DNA from: Podarcis pityusensis
Taxonomy: Eukaryota
Length of the DNA: 64,000 bases
NCBI GenBank assembly: GCA_964106645.2
Contig: OZ067041.1
Strand: one strand, 5' to 3'
Shown here: positions 49,009 to 60,700 of the stretch, piece after piece
Layout of the letters: every line of letters begins with the position of its first letter
Numbering within the stretch: the first letter of the stretch is position 1
Notes under the pieces: generated by a model
Database searches by the model: none
Told to the model about the DNA's origin: nothing
Seen by the model: the letters and a program-made list of their open reading frames with translations, nothing else
Position numbers and translations under genes: made by a program

Positions 49009-49144
49009 CAGCCATAGGCAAACTTGGCCCTCCAGATGTTTTGGGACTACAACTCCCATCATCCCTAGCTAACAGGACCAGTGGTCAGGGATGATGGGAA
49101 TTGTAGTCTCAAAACATCTGGAGGGCCGAGTTTGCCTATGCCTG
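49009..49144. mobile_element. Palindromic hAT MITE inserted in a CR1-type 3' tail
   Basis: Inverted arms with GGACTACAACTCCCATCATCCC core; 8-bp TSD AACTAGAT at 49001-49008 and 49145-49152. Confidence 0.9.
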
Positions 49145-49334
49145 AACTAGATGATCCTTTGGGTCCCTTCCAACTCTCCAATTTCATGATTCTGATATCA
49201 CAGGGAGTTCAGACATGGTCCAACACAGCAAAGCAAAGAGACTAGAATGAAAAAATGAGATACCAGGTCAGGACTAGGCATGACAGCTGGACAAATGCAC
49301 AAGTGAGTATTCTCTGGATGCTATAAAATGATGA

Positions 49335-49403
49335 CTATCTATATCTATCTATCGATCTATCGATCTATCGATCTATCTATCTATCTATCATCTATCTATC
49401 TAT
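49335..49403. repeat. (ATCT)n/(ATCG) tetranucleotide repeat
   Basis: Seen directly. Confidence 0.9.
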
Positions 49404-50341
49404 TTAAATTTCTACACCACCCTTTATCTGAGGATCACAAGGCAGTTTACAATATAACATTGTAAAAGAAAAAATTACTTTAGCACAGAGAAAAAGTAGG
49501 AGCACAGGATATGCATGTTTGAATCAGCCTCACTTTCTCTTGAAAGCCAATGGAACTTTCCCATCAGAAGATCCTGTTCATTACACAAACCAAATACTTG
49601 GGTAGTTTTAAGGAGGAGGGTCATCCTTGCCTCTCCTTTCCTTCTCTCCATCTCCCCCCCCCCCCCGCCATTGCCCAGGCATATGTACAAGATAGTTGAG
49701 TCATGAAGACACAAGGGAAATGAAAGAGCAATGGACTTGGATGCGTGATTGGGTCAGAATGAGGAAACAAGTAGCTTGAGGGAAGCAGAGAGGAGGAATT
49801 ATCGGAACCAGAGAAATGGGAATCCTCTATTAAGACTAGGAGCTTGTATATGAAAACAGAAAGGAGCCAGCACAGGCACTCACTTACAAACTAGTGCAGT
49901 TGTAGTAAACAAGGAAGTATCAAGAGAGCCACTCAGAAGTTACTGCCTTTGTCTAAAAATGATATTTGTCTTCCAGCAGCTGTTTTCCCTGTATGTGTTT
50001 TTGAAGATATTCCCTCCCCCCGCATTTGTTACAAGTGCAGTTGGCACTTAAGAGACATGCTAATGTTTTGTGGAAACAAATCACTTGCTTTCATCTTGAG
50101 TGCAACCCTGATTGCACTGGGGGATTTTTGTATGTTTTCATGTCTCATTCTTTTTATCATTTACATCAATGTGAGTTGTTCCTGTCATGAAAACTAGAGC
50201 TTGAAAATCACCAGGGTTAGATATGATGTAGTGGGAAAAGACTGTCTGCCAGCTTCTGTAGAGCCCTGTCAATGGCCTACCTTATAACAATGCTATGCAC
50301 AGTTCCATGCTCATGAATAGCCTGTGGTTCAGCTGTCTCAC

Positions 50342-50449
50342 CATGGGCGTAGCCAGGATTTATGTAGGGAGGGGGCAGAACCTCAGTTAAGTATTTTTAT
50401 CGGTTTAATTGATGGGGGCAGCTCCCCCATCCACCTACCCATGCCCATG
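50342..50449. mobile_element. Short hAT-type MITE
   Basis: Termini CATGGGC.../...GCCCATG; TSD TGTCTCAC/TGTCCCAC (1 mismatch). Confidence 0.65.
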
Positions 50450-50718
50450 TGTCCCACCAGAGGAACATGACTATTGGACTCTTTCTCCAATGGAGCATGA
50501 AACACTGGGACCAGAGACTGTGAATTAATGCGGTCCTTTTAGGGAGATGAAGTTTTCTTTAGCACATTTTATGCAAGTACTGGGACAATACTGCCAAAAT
50601 TATGATTCTACACAAAGGCATTTCTTCTATATAATGGCACATTGTTCTTAGGTTGTGCTGAAAGTGGCATAGATCCACAAGTCACATCAGAAAGCCCAGT
50701 TGAATTCGGCAAAATGTA

Positions 50719-50959
50719 CAGTGGTACCTTGGGTTAAGTACTTAATTCGTTCCGGAGGTCCATACTTAACCTGAAACTGTTCTTAACCTGAAGCACCACT
50801 TTAGCTAATGGGGCCTCCTGCTGCTGCCGCACCGCCGGAGCACGATTTCTGTTCTCATCCTGAAGCAAATTCTTAACCCGAGGTACTATTTCTGGGTTAG
50901 CGGAGTCTGTAACCTGAAGCGTATGTAACCCGAAGCGTATGTAACCCGAGGTACCACTG
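50719..50959. mobile_element. MITE, same family (intact copy)
   Basis: TA-CAGTGGTACCTTGGGTTA...TAACCCGAGGTACCACTG-TA. Confidence 0.92.
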
Positions 50960-52962
50960 TATTCTGGATGTTCAAGATTGGCTTCTTTGGCTGTCCAGAC
51001 TATCCCCAAGCCACACCTCTCATCTTGACCTGGCTGGGGTTTTTCCTTGCACTGTGATAAGGCCTCTTTTTTTTGCCTGGATGGAGGGTGGAGAAATGTG
51101 GGAAGAATATAGCTTCCTGTACAAAAATATTTGTTGCCCTGCTCACTTTAGCCTCTAGCCCCAAACACCATGTGGCCCTGAAAGGTTGTCCATGAGGGAA
51201 TGTCGCCCTCAGGCTGAAAAAGGATCCCCAACCTTGACTTAGAGGTAGATTCCACTAGTTCCAATGTATGCTCCTCCTTCATTAAGGAAGCATGTATAAA
51301 GTTAGAGTTCACAGATGTCTACCCTTAATTTACAACTTAAATATATTACATATGCTCCAGCTGTCCTATTCACTAGGGGCAATACTTATTTCATAATAAT
51401 AATAATTTATTATTCCATCTACCTGGGTGACTATATATGTATTAAATTTCCATACCACCCTTCATCCTAAGATTGCAGGGTGGTTTACAATATAAAAACC
51501 AAAAATGCATACCACAATGACAAAACAAAAAGAATAATCTGACCATACAGTTTAAAAGGCTTGCTAAATAAAATAAAAGTTTTTTTTTAATGAAAGAGTA
51601 CAAAACAACTTTCCCCATTATTTATTTAATTCGATTCACAAATCGCTCTCCCTAAAATATCTCAAACGAATTTCACAGTAATCACGGAGCACCTAGAGTA
51701 GTTCAAGCTTGCTTTAAAAGCTTTACAAATATTTCAAGCTGCTGCTAAGGTCCACAACAACTCTATTAGCGCAGGAGAGCCAAGATTGTCCTTAATGCAG
51801 CCAAGACTTCCCAATTTAAAATTGTCCTTTAAAAATTGCATACAAAGCAGGTGGGGAAGAGAGAGAAGCTAGTACAATGCTGCAAATTAAGACGATGCTG
51901 CTTTTAACACCTATAATTTCTGACACAGTGGGGGGGAACCCATTAGAAAGGAAGGCTTCAAATGATTTTGGTCTGTTTTAGCTAGTGGATGACTCTGAAT
52001 GTTGACCGTGTAAGATCCAGTCTTGCTTTAGAGGCTGCTGAGTGTATTCTGGGACTGTAATGTTCATCACAGCCCTCCCAAGCAAGCGAGGCAGGCTTCC
52101 CAAGGGAGTTTGCCAGTAGTTAGGTCACCACATGGACAGATTTGTACAAGCAGGAGGCATTTGGAAGCAATCAGCCTAAAGTATCAAAATTTTTAATTTA
52201 AAAAAGATGAAGAAACTGAACTATGAGGTTGTCTGTACCTCTCTGGGGCTTGCTCAACCATTTCTTTCATCAGGGGCCCCCAATCATTTGGAGACATATT
52301 TAGAAAAACAAGAATTGTTTTGGGCCACACAAAACACACACATTTCCAAGAAGGAAAAGTGGTAATGCTCAAAAGCAGACATCTCAGAACAAATGAAACA
52401 CAGCCAAAACAAGAAACCAACATGTCACCAAAAAAACAGGCAATCTCCTCCTGAAACCCCAAAATTCCCATATAAAATTGGGAAGATACCACAAAGAATG
52501 CCTGATGGTGTTGTGGTGCCCACAGATGCCGGGGGGGGGGGGAGCTCCAGTGCTACATAGATGGTGCTGAAAATCACTTGCCAGGGCAAACTAAGGAAGC
52601 CGCCTAGGGTGGCAGAATGTTACAGTCCCTAGACCAGGCTCCCATTGCTGTGTCACAGAATTACAGCTTTTTGATTGTTAACTCATTAATTATTTGATAG
52701 AGTTTAGATAGAATAATTTATATTCATTTTATGTAATAATCAAATTTTCAAAAGATGTTAAAGGTCTTGTAACATGCACTTTAACTTCAGAATTTGATGA
52801 GCCTAAAACATAAAACAAAATTACAATCTTCGTTCCAACTTTTCTCATTTGTTCAGCTGATATAGGTGAACCATTTTCAAATGAATCAGTTAGTCTGTAA
52901 GGACCTTTCTCTCTCCATTTCTGAATAGCACATTCTTTTCAATCAGTTTTGTCAATCAATCA

Positions 52963-53095
52963 TAGGGCTCAGTCGGTAGAGCATGAGACTCTTAATCTCA
53001 GGGACATGGGTTCGAACCCCATGTCAGGCAAAAGATTCCTTCGTTACAGGGGGTTGGACTCTCATGGTCCCTTCCAATTCTATGATTCTATGATT
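52963..53095 (+). mobile_element. tRNA-Lys(CTT)-derived SINE with CR1-type 3' tail
   Basis: GCTCAGTCGGTAGAGCATGAGACTCTTAATCTCAGG...GGTTCGAACCCC matches the tRNA-Lys body and continues into GGTCCCTTCCAATTCTATGATTCTATGATT. Confidence 0.85.
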
Positions 53096-53210
53096 TTCCT
53101 GTCATATAAAAAGTGGGTGCAGTACAAAAGGCATCCACAGTGAGATTGAAGGAGCTAATTTAGGTGCCCACATCTTCATTACTTTCAGATCTACCTAAGC
53201 AAATGGCTTT

Positions 53211-53569
53211 AAAGGTAAAGGTACCCCTGCCCGTACGGGCCAGTCGTGACCGACTCTAGGGTTGCGCGCTCATCTCGCTCAAGAGGCCAGGAGCCGACGC
53301 TGTCCGAAGACACTTCTGGGTCACGTGGCCAGTATGACGAAGCTGCGTCTGGTGAGCCAGCACCAGCGCAGCACACGGAAACGCCGTTTACCTTCCCGCT
53401 ATAAAGCGGTCCCTATTTATCTACTTGCACTTAGGGGTGCTTTCGAACTGCTAGGTGGGCAGGAACTGGGACCGAACGACGGGAGCTCACCCCGACACGG
53501 GGATTCGAACTGCCGACCTTTCGATCAGCAAGTCCTAGGCACTGAGGTTTTACCCACAGCGCCACCCGC
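53211..53569 (-). mobile_element. Sauria SINE, full length, CpG-rich
   Basis: Colinear with the 12828-13172 copy (AAAGGTAAAGG...CACGGAAACGCCGTTTACCTTCCC...CACAGCGCCACC). Confidence 0.9.
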
Positions 53570-54688
53570 TTTACTATGGAATAAAAATGTTTTTAATATA
53601 TGTTAAAAATGGTAAACTTGGTACTCTATATCGGGGGGGGGCAACTCCCAAGAGACTGTGATCTACTTTTAGAATTAAAATCTGGCAATGATTTACCCCC
53701 GTTTTTTGGGGGTTCAGGTCAAAGTTGTTGAGGAGGAAAGCCCCATTTTTATACAAATACTTTCTTGGGAGGGAAGTTCCGTTTTGGGGGGGGGTTAAAG
53801 GCAAGGGTCAAAGGGGGAAAGTCACTCACAATAATATTGCTTTGAAGGAAAACAGCAAAAAGTGATAGCAAACTTTGTACACTGGGGTAGAAGACCCAGA
53901 TTACAATTAGCTGTGATCTATCAACAGTCTCAAGGTGTGTGTGTGTCTTGCTGTACCTAATTTACAAAGTTATAAACTTTGTAAATGAGGTACAGCTATC
54001 ATCTTTTGCTACTTAAATACAAATACAAATGGGTATAGTCTGAAACAAAACTTTTAAAAAAATGGTAGGTTTTCACCTAGGACACTGTTCCCATCCATGA
54101 TAATGTCTGCCTAGACCAGTTTTTGAAATCATTCTTAATATTTCTTATAAATGGCAGAAAATTAGCTTTATAAAGTTTTTCCCAGGTTTTTGTTATATTA
54201 ATTCCAAGATATTTAATATATTGTGGGCAGATCGTAAAGTCTATCTTCTTTCTTAATTCATCTTGTAAATCAGTTCAGACACAACAATTCTGGTTTAGTT
54301 TTATTAATTGTCAATCTGGTCACTCTGCCAAATGCTTCAGTTTTCGCCAGGCAGTGAAACAGGGCAGGCTGCCCCTGCCACTTTCAAATGACACTTCTTC
54401 AACAAAACCATGCATTCTGAAACCAGCTCCCAATAGGACTATGTTTTTTTGGTATAAAAGGTATCCATGCAGTTGGAATAAACCATATAGAAGCTGGCTT
54501 TCAAAAAGTAGGTTGACTACAGAGAGCACACCACCTTGGAATATATGCAGTACAGTGGTACCTCAGTTTACGAACTTAATCCGTTCCAGAAGTCCATTCT
54601 CAAACCAAAACTGTTCTTAATCTGAGGCACACTTTTTTTAATGAGCCTCCCGCCGCCGGTGCCCTTCCACTGTTCGGATTCTGTTCTT

Positions 54689-55301
54689 TGTTGTTGTTGT
54701 TTAGTCGTTTAGTCGTGTCTGACTCTTCGTGACCCCATGGACCAGAGCACGCCAGGCACTCCTGTCTTCCACTGCCTCCCGCAGTTTGGTCAAACTCATG
54801 CTGGTAGCTCATGAGAGCCAGCATAGTGTAGTGGTTAAGAGTGATGGACTCGTAATCTGGTGAACCGGGTTCGCTTCCCCACTCCTCCACATGCAGCTGC
54901 TGGGTGACCTTGGGCTAGTCACACTTCTTTGAAGTCTCTCAGCCTCACTCACCTCACAGAGTGTTTGTTGTGGGGAGGAAGGGAAAGGAGATTGTTAGCC
55001 GCTTTGAGACTCCTTAAGGGGAGTGAAAGGCGGGATATCAAGTCCAAACTCTTCTTCTCCTCTTCTTCTTCGAGAACACTGTCCAACCATCTCGTCCTCC
55101 TTGTGCCCTCCATCCTTCCCAACATCAGGGTCTTTTCCAGGGAATCTTCTCATGAGGTGGCCAAAGTATTGGAGCCTCAGCTTCATGATCTGTCCTTCCA
55201 GTGAGCGCTCAGGGCTGATTTCCTTAAGAATGGATAGGTTTGATCTTCTTGCAGTCCATGGGACTCTCAAGAGTCTCCTCCAGCACCATAATTCAAAAGC
55301 A
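54689..55301 (-). mobile_element. 5'-truncated BovB/RTE LINE 3' end
   Basis: Encodes AFELWCWRRLLRVPWTARRSNLSILKEI...QYFGHLMRR (BovB-type C-terminus) with a (CAA)n tail. 11-bp TSD ATTCTGTTCTT at 54678-54688 and 55302-55312. Confidence 0.92.
54811..55068 (+). mobile_element. tRNA-derived squamate SINE inserted in the RTE fragment
   Basis: A-box-like TAGTGTAGTGG and B-box-like GGTTCGCTTCC, GGGTGACCTTGGGCTAGTCAC core, (TTC)n tail. Confidence 0.8.
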
Positions 55302-55811
55302 ATTCTGTTCTTAGACCAAGGTAAAGTACTCAAACCAAGACACTATTTCCAGTTTTGCGGAGTTTGTAAACCAAATCATTCTTAAACCAGACTGCTCTTA
55401 AACCAAGGTACCACTGTATATGAAGAAATGACTCTTGGTGGCTCTCCTGATTTGATTAGGAGATAACCAACCCTTCCCCCAGATTTTTGAAACAGTGTGA
55501 TGCAAAAGAACTGGCTGATTTGTGTTTCTGATCACAGTATGTGAAATTCAGCCCACACAATCACTCTTTCTGTTAGCCCTCACAGCCTTTTGTTGCTAGT
55601 TTCAGCAGCACGCAAAGCTATAATGGACAGAATTCCCATGTACTTCAAGCCTTACAAACCTATGTTGCCTTGGCCTAGTTCTCCAAGCTGCCCATTTCCT
55701 TCCACGCAGTCCTAATTTTCAGCTTTCTCCTCATACCTTCTTTTCTTCAGCTTCGTATCAACTCCTGTTATTTCCCCAGGCCCTTCCTTTTTAGGTCTGC
55801 TTGAGTTGCTT

Positions 55812-56065
55812 AAGAACATAATAGGAGCCTGATGAATCAGGGCAATGGCCCATATAGTCCAGCATCCTGTTGTCACATTAGGTGAGCTTGCAAGCTAGAC
55901 CAACACTCTGCCCACCTGCAATTCCCAGCACCTGCTATTCAGAATCATAATGCCTCTAACAGTTGAGGTAGAACATAGCCATGGTGGTTGGTAGCTGTCA
56001 ATAGCCTTGCTCTCCTTGAATTTTTCTGAACTTCTTTTAAAGCCATCCAAGTTGGCGACCATCAC
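55812..56065 (-). mobile_element. CR1 LINE 3' end
   Basis: TAAGAACATAA...GAGCCTG..GAATCAGG...TAGTCCAGCATCCTGTT...AAAGCCATCCAAGTTGG pattern. Related pieces at about 31640-31980 and 44025-44095. Confidence 0.65.
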
Positions 56066-57602
56066 TTTAGCCACCCTATCTCTTTATTGACTTGAGGAAA
56101 AAATTGGCTGCCCCTGCTTGAGGTGGAAACAGCAGCTGAAAGGCTTCTAGCCAGCAAACTTCCAAATGGATGAGAGAACGATTTTCACCTAAGAAGCCAC
56201 CGCTTAAGGTGACTCAGCCTTGTGGTTATTTTAGCCTCCATAGTGAATCAAAGCTATTTGATTCCCTCTGTGCTCCTGAGTTCCTGCTTGGTGCTCTGGA
56301 AGCTGACTCATGGCTCTAGCAAAATCAAAAGAGCCAAGCAAATATTGTATACATTTTCTTTACTCAGCTGTACTTCCACAGCTAAATATAGCCCTGGCAT
56401 GACACACTGCATTGGTTTGCACTCAGTTCACATTTCCAGGATTATTTACAGAATCACAAGGACTCTTTGAAGTGAAAGCACAGATTCCGAAGCAAAAATA
56501 TGCATCGTAGGGGGAATTTCACAGCAAATTCAGCTTCCTGCCATGCCGAAGAAGACACCGCAACCTTACCTTCAAATGGAAACTGTATGCTATACAAAAA
56601 GATTAGTAAATCCCATGAGTAAATGCTTTCTCAAATTCAAGGGTACAGGCACTTTTACTTCGGACTTGTTGGGGAACGCTGATGACAGAATATATGTTAA
56701 AACTGCAGACCCATAGACTTAGAACATGGGTTGAGCTTGGCAGGAGTGAAGGAGTGGGGAAGGTGATTTGGAGGGGTGAACCTGCCTGTCAGAGTGCTGG
56801 ATCCTGTTCCTGCCTCCTGCTCTAAGCCCTTTAGGGAACAGACACAACTCAGTGGTACAGCATCTGCTTTAGATGCAGATGTTGCCCAGTCCAATCCCCA
56901 ACATCTCCAAACAGGACTGGCAATGTCTCCTGTCTCAAATCCCAAAGAGCTACAGCTTCCTATGCTTCCCCCACCTGACTACAGTGGAGTAAGCTAAAGT
57001 GGCTGGCCCAGATGGGCTGCTGGGAAAAAACTGCAGGCATATTATGAGTCCAGTTTCTCCTGTGCAGCGTATATCCACTTGAGGCAGAGCATTCCTCTTC
57101 TTTGCAGCTATTTGGTGCTACCTAGGTTTGAAATATGGGCTGCTGTCATAACTTGCAATTTGGCCCTAAGGCTGCACTCCTATGCAGATGCATTAGAAAG
57201 CAAACACCACTCAACACAGTCTTGGTTTATCATTAATGAATACATTAAGTTTTGTTGAAGTATTTCCTGAAGACATCAGTGTCCAAAGCTAAAAAGTGTG
57301 GGTCACTTACTCTCTGCCTCTTCCTGTCCCTACTCTGTGGTATTCTGATCACCTGTGTAATGAGTTTTAGTAAATAATTTTAAAAAGCAGTGGGGTTACT
57401 CCTGAGTACGGAGAGTTGGGTTGCACAACAGCAATGTATATCAGTGAGAGTAGCACCTGAATATTTGCCTTTAATATGTTATTTTTATTTGACTCTTAGA
57501 ATGAGGGGATTAGGAAGGGCACTCAGTAACCCAACTATAGGGTAGAGCTGCTCTGAAGTTGAAAAGCTAAGCCAAAACCAACCAACCTTTTTGTTTCCAT
57601 AG

Positions 57603-57728
57603 TTCCACCAAAGATCTCCAACATCTCATCAGATGTCACTGTGAATGAAGGCAGTAACGTGACCCTGGTGTGTATGGCAAATGGGCGCCCTGAACCTGTT
57701 ATCACTTGGAGACACCTCACCCCTACAG
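57603..57728 (+). CDS. LSAMP: Internal coding exon of limbic system-associated membrane protein (IgLON family), start of Ig domain 2
   Basis: A polypyrimidine tract plus AG (ctttttgtttccatag) ends at 57602 and a GT donor starts at 57729. The 126-nt phase 1-1 exon translates (V)[41 protein letters not shown](G), which I recognise as vertebrate LSAMP rather than NTM/OPCML/NEGR1. Confidence 0.93.
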
Positions 57729-60700
57729 GTAGGTAGCCTTGGTCTGTATCTATGTGCTTCTTATTGTTTCCTGTTTTGCACACCAGCAGAGGAAGTTTCA
57801 ATGTAAAAACAGCCAGGAAAAGGTAAGCTCATTGGATCAACAAAGTGTTGATGGGTTGTTGTTTTTCTACATCAGACTGTGCCAGTCAACACTGGGACAT
57901 TCTGCTTGCTGTTAGCAGCTGTTTTCATCTAATAGATGTGGTCTTTGTCATTGCAAATACAATATAGCAATAAGGGAACCTATCACTAGCCGCAGAAAAA
58001 GTGAAAAGGCCTTGCCCTTCTAATAATGAGTTCAAAGTGAGCCTTTCAAAATCACAAAATTGGCTTCTAGTATGGTGCCAATCGTCATTTCTTACCTGCA
58101 GTCTTAAGTCTCTCTATAGACTATTTTTGCAGATAGGTCATAGAAGAAAACAGGTTGGCTCCCCACCCCACCCCCACCCCCCGTTTTGTGTTACAAAAGA
58201 AGAGATGCTAGCAGGAATTCAATGAGTGCGAAACCAGCCAGGCCCAATGACCATTTAATTGTTCCTTTGATACTTTAATGTTGGTTGTCTTGGAAAGGGC
58301 ACTGTCATTAGCCTGACCCACAGGGCAATCAGAATAGGGAGGTTGCTTTCTGATTATTTATCCTTTTAGCATTTATCTTAGACAGAAAAAGAACATGCTT
58401 ATGGCAGTACTAAGAGCTTCTTGACACTGAAGCCTTCCAGACTAAGTGCTGCATCACACATTAATCAGCAACAAAACCAGGTTCATTATCAACTATGCAC
58501 TCTATGTGAAGGCACAGCCAGTTTCTGATGAATATTTCTGTATGATGCATGTGTTTTCAATCAGCTGTTTTCAGAACGATGCTTAGCAAGACAAAACCTT
58601 ATGTGCACACCTAAAAATGTAAAGTGTGAAGTGACCCCAAGATGATTCCACAGTGTTTTCATCTATATTATAACACACCCACACACACACAACCACATAT
58701 GGCATATTTTAGCCTTATCATAAAATGGCAATGCAGATTCTAACTGTGCCCAGTGAAATTTTCCACACATGAGGGATAGGGAACCTATGTTCCTCCAGAA
58801 GTTGCTGAACAACAACTCCCATCATCCTCAGCTATTGAACATGACATGCAGGCTGGGGAGTTGTAGTCCAACAATATCTGGAAGGCCACAGGTTCCTTGC
58901 TGAACACCAGTACAATTAGTTCTGAATTCTCAGGTAAATGATAGTTATAGATCTGACTCTCCAAAATGTTCTTTTTTTAGGACAGTATGAACCCATTTGT
59001 AAATAACTGTCTTTTACATTACAAGGTGTGGTTTTTTCCTTGACCTGTACCAGTAATTTCCTTCCATTTTCAAGGGATGTAATTTCCATACATATTTGCA
59101 TCCTATTAAGCTTTAGCAAGAAGATTTACAATTTTTCAAAGAATGTAGCAAGACGTGTGCAAATTCAACTTCTGACGGTGCCTACTCTAGCTCCCACATG
59201 TTATCAATGCTGATGATCCCAGCAGATGTGGGAGAGAATCAATTTCAATTCAGCAATTACCCCAGACGGACTCACAATTCACTCTTTAGGTGCCATTTCC
59301 TTTAGAAATGGATTCCGCTCTTATTCAGATTAGCGAAAAACACAAAATGAAACCCAGACCGTGTCTTCTGACTTCTGTCTTTTTAAGAATAAGAAATTTG
59401 ACAATATGAGCCAAGGTGTTAGAGGAGATTAATGCTGTCATAGGAGAAATTTACAGAGCAAGAAATACTGTGAAATTAAACAGCAGGCACGGATCGGAAA
59501 TTAGGAGGGAAATGGATGGGAATGGAAAAGTTGGAGATTAATTTTAGTTTAGTCACCCTTAAATCGGAGGGGGGATTGTCAAATTGTGAGCCAACCTTAC
59601 AGTTTATACATAGGACTAAGGTAAACAGGGTTTCTGGGAAAGCCTCTCTGATTTTGCATGGCATGCATGCAGGAAGAAACTGCACCAGCTGTACTTTTGC
59701 CTGTCTTGCAACTATTAAAGAGCCCTTTCCACTCTTTAAAAAAAACCACCCCACCAAAGAAGCAAAGAATGAAGCAAAGATTATTCCATATGAAACATCT
59801 TAGAAGAGCAGTTTTTGAAATCAACTAATATATTTACAGTCCTCATGCAGAATGTCCCAGTTTTAATCCCCAACATATCGAAATAGGGCTCAGAGAAATC
59901 CCGACTAAAACCCTGAAGAGTCACTGCCAATCAGTGAAGACAGTACTGAACTAGGTGGAACAGTGGCTTAACTCAAGATAAGGCAGCTACTACCCCTACC
60001 AATGCTACTAACATTACTACTACCCCTAAGTAATACTAGTGACAGTGTTACATTTCTATCCCACCTTTTGTTCAAGATTAAGGCATCATGCATGGTATGT
60101 TCTGTCCTTTAAACTCTCACAACAACTGTGTGAAGTAGGTTACGCTGAGAGAAAGGGACAGGCTCAAGATCACCCTGTGAATTTCAAGATTGAGTGGTGG
60201 TTTGAAACTGGGGTCTCCCCAGCCCTGCTCTGACACTCTAGCCATTCATTACATTACGCTGGCTTTCAGAAGTAGTAGTAGCAGCAGCAGCAAAATGATA
60301 ATAATCCAAAAGGCCTGGTCCTCTCCCATTGAAACAAGCTATATAATAAGCAAGGGAGGGAAATGCTGCCAAGAATAAATGGGGCGGAAGAAGGGAAGCA
60401 AGCCAACGAAAGAAATGTGAGCAAAGCAAGGCAGAGAGAATGTTTCCTCCACTGAATTCTGAAGTAACCAGCCGTTCCCTTCTGCCATTGCCAGTACTAG
60501 GTGCAACTGTGCCAGCTCCTGAGGTATGATTGGAAATGTGTTCTGTTTCCCACCCCCCTTAATTAAGTTATATGCTTGCAATCTGCTAACTTCCAAGACC
60601 TAATTTTGCTCCAAAGGGCTGCTCTCCCACAGCATTTTATTTTCTTCCTGCTTGGAATATTAGTCTTGCAACATTCAGACATCTCTTCTAATGTTACCGC

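Larger units (their letters stand above)
54553..55416. mobile_element. Related CAGTGGTACC-TIR MITE hosting nested RTE and SINE insertions
   Basis: TA-CAGTGGTACCTCAG...CAAGGTACCACTG-TA termini. Confidence 0.85.

Noticed and set aside
52967-53030. tRNA-Lys(CTT) gene
   Set aside because: The acceptor stem is disrupted and the sequence runs into a CR1-type tail, with a second copy at 24594, so it is a SINE.
1-57600. Additional LSAMP exons and the many 60-160 aa ORFs
   Set aside because: I found no Ig-domain-1 coding sequence or convincing splice-bounded frame; the ORFs look random or repeat-derived. Small alternative exons cannot be excluded by eye.
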